Positions 61,441 through 64,000 of a DNA stretch of 64,000 bases are shown here, piece by piece. The notes below the pieces were generated by a model. That model was not told the origin of the DNA and made no database searches. It saw only the letters and a program-made list of their open reading frames with translations. This stretch comes from a bacterium (GTDB lineage: Archaea; Thermoplasmatota; E2; JACPAO01; JAHFTW01): assembly GCA_040390065.1 (NCBI GenBank), contig JAZJZE010000005.1, positions 181,160 to 245,159 on the forward strand, in the 5' to 3' direction. How positions within the stretch are numbered: position 1 is the first letter of the stretch; the number at the start of each line of letters is the position of its first letter. Made by a program: the position numbers and the translations under genes.

Positions 61441-61653
61441 ATGATGTACACAGAAGAGAGCCGCCTACGGGATATCCGCCTCCGAAGCGAACGCCTTTGG
61501 ACGCTGCTTGACGAAGCAGAAGCTACGGGTCGATGTCTCTCGGAATTATCGACGCAATCCTTGGGGGAGGTGCCTGAGGCCGTTCGGGAGGCGATTACTC
61601 GCCTTGAGGCGGCATTGGCCAGCTGGCATGGTCGCCAGGGCGAAGTACAATGA
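61441..61653 (+). CDS. small helical hypothetical protein
   Basis: 70-aa amphipathic helical ORF; no motif. Confidence 0.4.
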   Translation: MMYTEESRLRDIRLRSERLWTLLDEAEATGRCLSELSTQSLGEVPEAVREAITRLEAALASWHGRQGEVQ

Positions 61654-61729
61654 GCCTGACCCGCCGCTGGGGCCTTTCGGCCCGTTGCAGGGCCCTGCCA
61701 GGATACCCGTTTGGGCCGCCCCTTCGCCG

Positions 61730-62566
61730 TCAGGGAACTTTGGGCTGCGAATTTCCAGGGGGCGGCGCCTGGCTGCGGTCCCCGAGGCGCCATCGGGCGA
61801 GGGCGTTTCGAATAGCTCGCGGATCTTGGGCGAGGGCAGCGGCGATGCGTGCGTGGCCAATTCCCCTCCCATTGAGGTGCCCGACAATTGCTTCCAGTGG
61901 AGATGGCACCTTTGCGTTGCGGGACTGGCGGGAGCGGACCAAGCGCCCAATCTCATCTACATCCACTACCAGTCTAGCCGGCCGCGGCTCGGTCGTGCGA
62001 TTAAATTGCGTCCTAAGGAGGCGCTCTCGCAACGGCGCCACCATACGGTCGCGCCTCGCCACCAGGGGCTGCGGCAGTGGGCGGTCTCCACTGGAATAGT
62101 AGCGGTAGCGGAAGAACGACCGATAGGGCCGCGATGCATCAAGCACATCGTTTCGATCCTCCTCCAAGTCATGGCGGACGTTGCTTGATGCGTTCGGTGA
62201 TTCGAAGTTCTTGAGGACAAAGTTCAGCCCCTGGTCCTGCGTCAGGAGCCGTACGTTGCAGGTGACGAGATCGGGGCGCAAGGACGCAAAGGCTCGCAGT
62301 GCCACTGCCATGGCCTTGTAGTGCCCAGAAGCCAGGAATTGGCATGGCACCGAACAGTCAAAGGCGGCAGTCGGAATGGTCACGCGACTCCGCGCCGCGA
62401 CCCCCGGCTTGGGTCGAAGGTACGCGAGAAAGCCAATCGCCGCAACGCCCAGGCCCTCATCGAAAATGGCGTGGGGCCACAAATCGATGCGGGAAACGTG
62501 GTTGGCGGATAGGCGTCGCCACGCGCCGCCCCCTTTGCCCTCGGAAGTAGCCACGGGAGCGCCCAT
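61730..62566 (-). CDS. hypothetical protein with possible C-terminal HTH
   Basis: GIGHARIAAALAQDPRAIRNALAR; divergent from third integrase. Confidence 0.5.
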   Translation of the reverse strand: MGAPVATSEGKGGGAWRRLSANHVSRIDLWPHAIFDEGLGVAAIGFLAYLRPKPGVAARSRVTIPTAAFDCSVPCQFLASGHYKAMAVALRAFASLRPDLVTCNVRLLTQDQGLNFVLKNFESPNASSNVRHDLEEDRNDVLDASRPYRSFFRYRYYSSGDRPLPQPLVARRDRMVAPLRERLLRTQFNRTTEPRPARLVVDVDEIGRLVRSRQSRNAKVPSPLEAIVGHLNGRGIGHARIAAALAQDPRAIRNALARWRLGDRSQAPPPGNSQPKVP

Positions 62567-62580
62567 GACGCGGAAAGTAC

Positions 62581-62672
62581 GTCTTCTCTAGAAGACATTT
62601 CCCCGCTCCCCGACGAAGTCGGGGCTCCCCCTCTATTGAGGGGAGCCCCTCCATATCATACTGTATCATACT
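62581..62672. promoter_or_regulatory. cluster of palindromes and direct repeats upstream of integrase 3
   Basis: gtcttct-ct-agaagac; ccccgac-gaa-gtcgggg; ggggctccccctc-tatt-gaggggagcccc; tatcatact x2 (62654-62662, 62664-62672). Confidence 0.5.
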
Positions 62673-62766
62673 CTAGATTTCTAAGGCAGGCTTGACATGA
62701 AACTCACTTCGAAAGGGCGACGGGGCCGCGAGCCTGCGGCGCGGCCCCCGCCCGCCAGGTAAGAAA

Positions 62767-64000
62767 ATGACCAACCTGCCGACCGATTCCAAGTTCCATC
62801 GCCTGATTGCCCAACGAATTGCTGGCATCCCGGACCCGGCCAATCGCGCCAAGGTCCAAGCATATGCGTTCGAGACCGGCATCCGCGTCAAGGCCCAGAG
62901 CGTTCTCAGTTATCTCGACCCCATCGCAGCGATGGGCAAGGAGTTGGATAGTCGGTCGTGGCTGCAGGCCGACCGAAATGACATCATTCGCCTGATTACC
63001 CAACACGCGTCACAACGCGGAGACAAGCTGCGAGGCAAGGACAAGGATTGCCGGATGCTGGCGCCCTCAACACAGGTCCAATGGTGCATGCACCTCAAGG
63101 CATTCTACCGGTGGCTCCTCGATGGCGAGGAACCCCGGCAATTCCGCAAGCTTCCCTTCCGCAAGAAGGATGGCATGCAAGCACGAATTCGTGAGCTGGC
63201 CCTCACACCCGACGAAATCCGTAAGCTGCTGGCCGGCGCGGAAACCACACGGGACCGCGCCATCATCCTGGTCCTCATCGAAGCGGGATTTCGGGTCAGC
63301 GAAGCAGCCGCCCTCCGACTGGACACAATCCACCTGGAGGAGGTGGGCTACTGGTTGACATTGCCCAAGGACGAGCCCTTCCTGAAGACGGATCCACGCG
63401 AAGTCGAAGTCCCCGTCATCGCAGCTCAGCCGGCCTTGCAAGCATGGCTCGACGACCATCCGCGGAAGAATGACCTGCGTGCCCCCCTGTTCGTCAACCT
63501 CAGCAACCGATCCCATGGCAAACGTATGACTGGTACCACCATCAGCGAGGCCATCAAGCGCTGCGCGCGGCGCGCCGGATTGCGGCACATCCATGGCCAC
63601 ATGCTGCGCCACACCTCGGCGACCCTCAAGGTCGCAAAGGGAATGGACCCGGAGCTCATCCGCCTCATCCATGGCTGGACCAAGCGCAGCAACATGCTGG
63701 CACACTACACCCACAGCAAGCCGCACTTCAAACACATGGTCCTCAAACACCACGGCCGCGAAAGCCACGAACCAGAATTGCTTGACATCCTAGGTAGCCG
63801 GGCCTGCGAATTGTGTGGCCGTGGCAACACGATTTCGGCCGTCAACTGCGAACGATGCGGAATCATGCTGGGCGAAGCCCGAGCTGAAGCCGAACGCCGC
63901 CGCAAGAACGCAATCGTTCGATTGGACGCAATTGAGCGCGCCATGGTTTCCCTTCGACCCAGGCTCATCACGACCGTGGCTCGGGTCCTGGGTTGGACCC
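62767..64000 (+). CDS. tyrosine recombinase/integrase with C-terminal Zn ribbon (3'-partial, absent from ORF track)
   Basis: Manual translation MTNLPTDSKF…AGFRVSEA…LKT…IHGHMLRH…HGW…AHYTH…CELC…CERC; no stop before window end. Confidence 0.9.
   Translation, partial: MTNLPTDSKFHRLIAQRIAGIPDPANRAKVQAYAFETGIRVKAQSVLSYLDPIAAMGKELDSRSWLQADRNDIIRLITQHASQRGDKLRGKDKDCRMLAPSTQVQWCMHLKAFYRWLLDGEEPRQFRKLPFRKKDGMQARIRELALTPDEIRKLLAGAETTRDRAIILVLIEAGFRVSEAAALRLDTIHLEEVGYWLTLPKDEPFLKTDPREVEVPVIAAQPALQAWLDDHPRKNDLRAPLFVNLSNRSHGKRMTGTTISEAIKRCARRAGLRHIHGHMLRHTSATLKVAKGMDPELIRLIHGWTKRSNMLAHYTHSKPHFKHMVLKHHGRESHEPELLDILGSRACELCGRGNTISAVNCERCGIMLGEARAEAERRRKNAIVRLDAIERAMVSLRPRLITTVARVLGWT

Larger units (their letters stand above)
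35090..64000. mobile_element. integrative/accessory region (possibly several nested elements) with defence island
   Basis: Three tyrosine recombinases, a disrupted host gene at the left edge, lower GC and atypical codon usage, defence cargo; no att pair identified and right boundary not seen. Confidence 0.6.

Overview
GC-rich archaeal DNA, probably from an uncultured Thermoplasmatota-like or related euryarchaeal lineage. This is inferred from DUF531, the ThiD-ThiN fusion, ThiR, TrmB, Thi4, form III RuBisCO and GGTGA/GGAGG Shine-Dalgarno motifs. The left ~35 kb is mostly core or metabolic: 2-oxoacid:ferredoxin oxidoreductase alpha/beta, a vapBC-type toxin-antitoxin (TA) pair, purT, purE, sua5, a DEAD-box helicase with a highly structured leader, FIST plus a histidine kinase, a complete three-gene AMP/pentose-bisphosphate operon with bona fide RuBisCO, and a thiC-thiDN / thi4-thiR divergon. 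It also holds a compact candidate modified-peptide (RiPP) cluster: a 99-aa precursor with three DMSCGSAK repeats, a DUF692 (MNIO) enzyme and a DUF2063-like partner. From ~35.1 kb onward the window is an accessory/integrative region; at its left edge an SQR-family gene and a tyrosine recombinase are both cut and joined tail-to-tail. It carries three Zn-ribbon tyrosine recombinases and a defence island: a C39-like peptidase, Panacea-like protein, TrmB, a Ubl / Cys-less E2 / JAB-E1 ubiquitination-like operon with two membrane genes, HEPN and PD-(D/E)xK proteins, and Kiwa. Further right are secreted Cys-rich proteins next to membrane-anchored sensor/wHTH genes, including a chimeric gene made by tandem duplication. 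No tRNA, rRNA or CRISPR array was seen by eye. All family calls come from motif recognition, not database searches.
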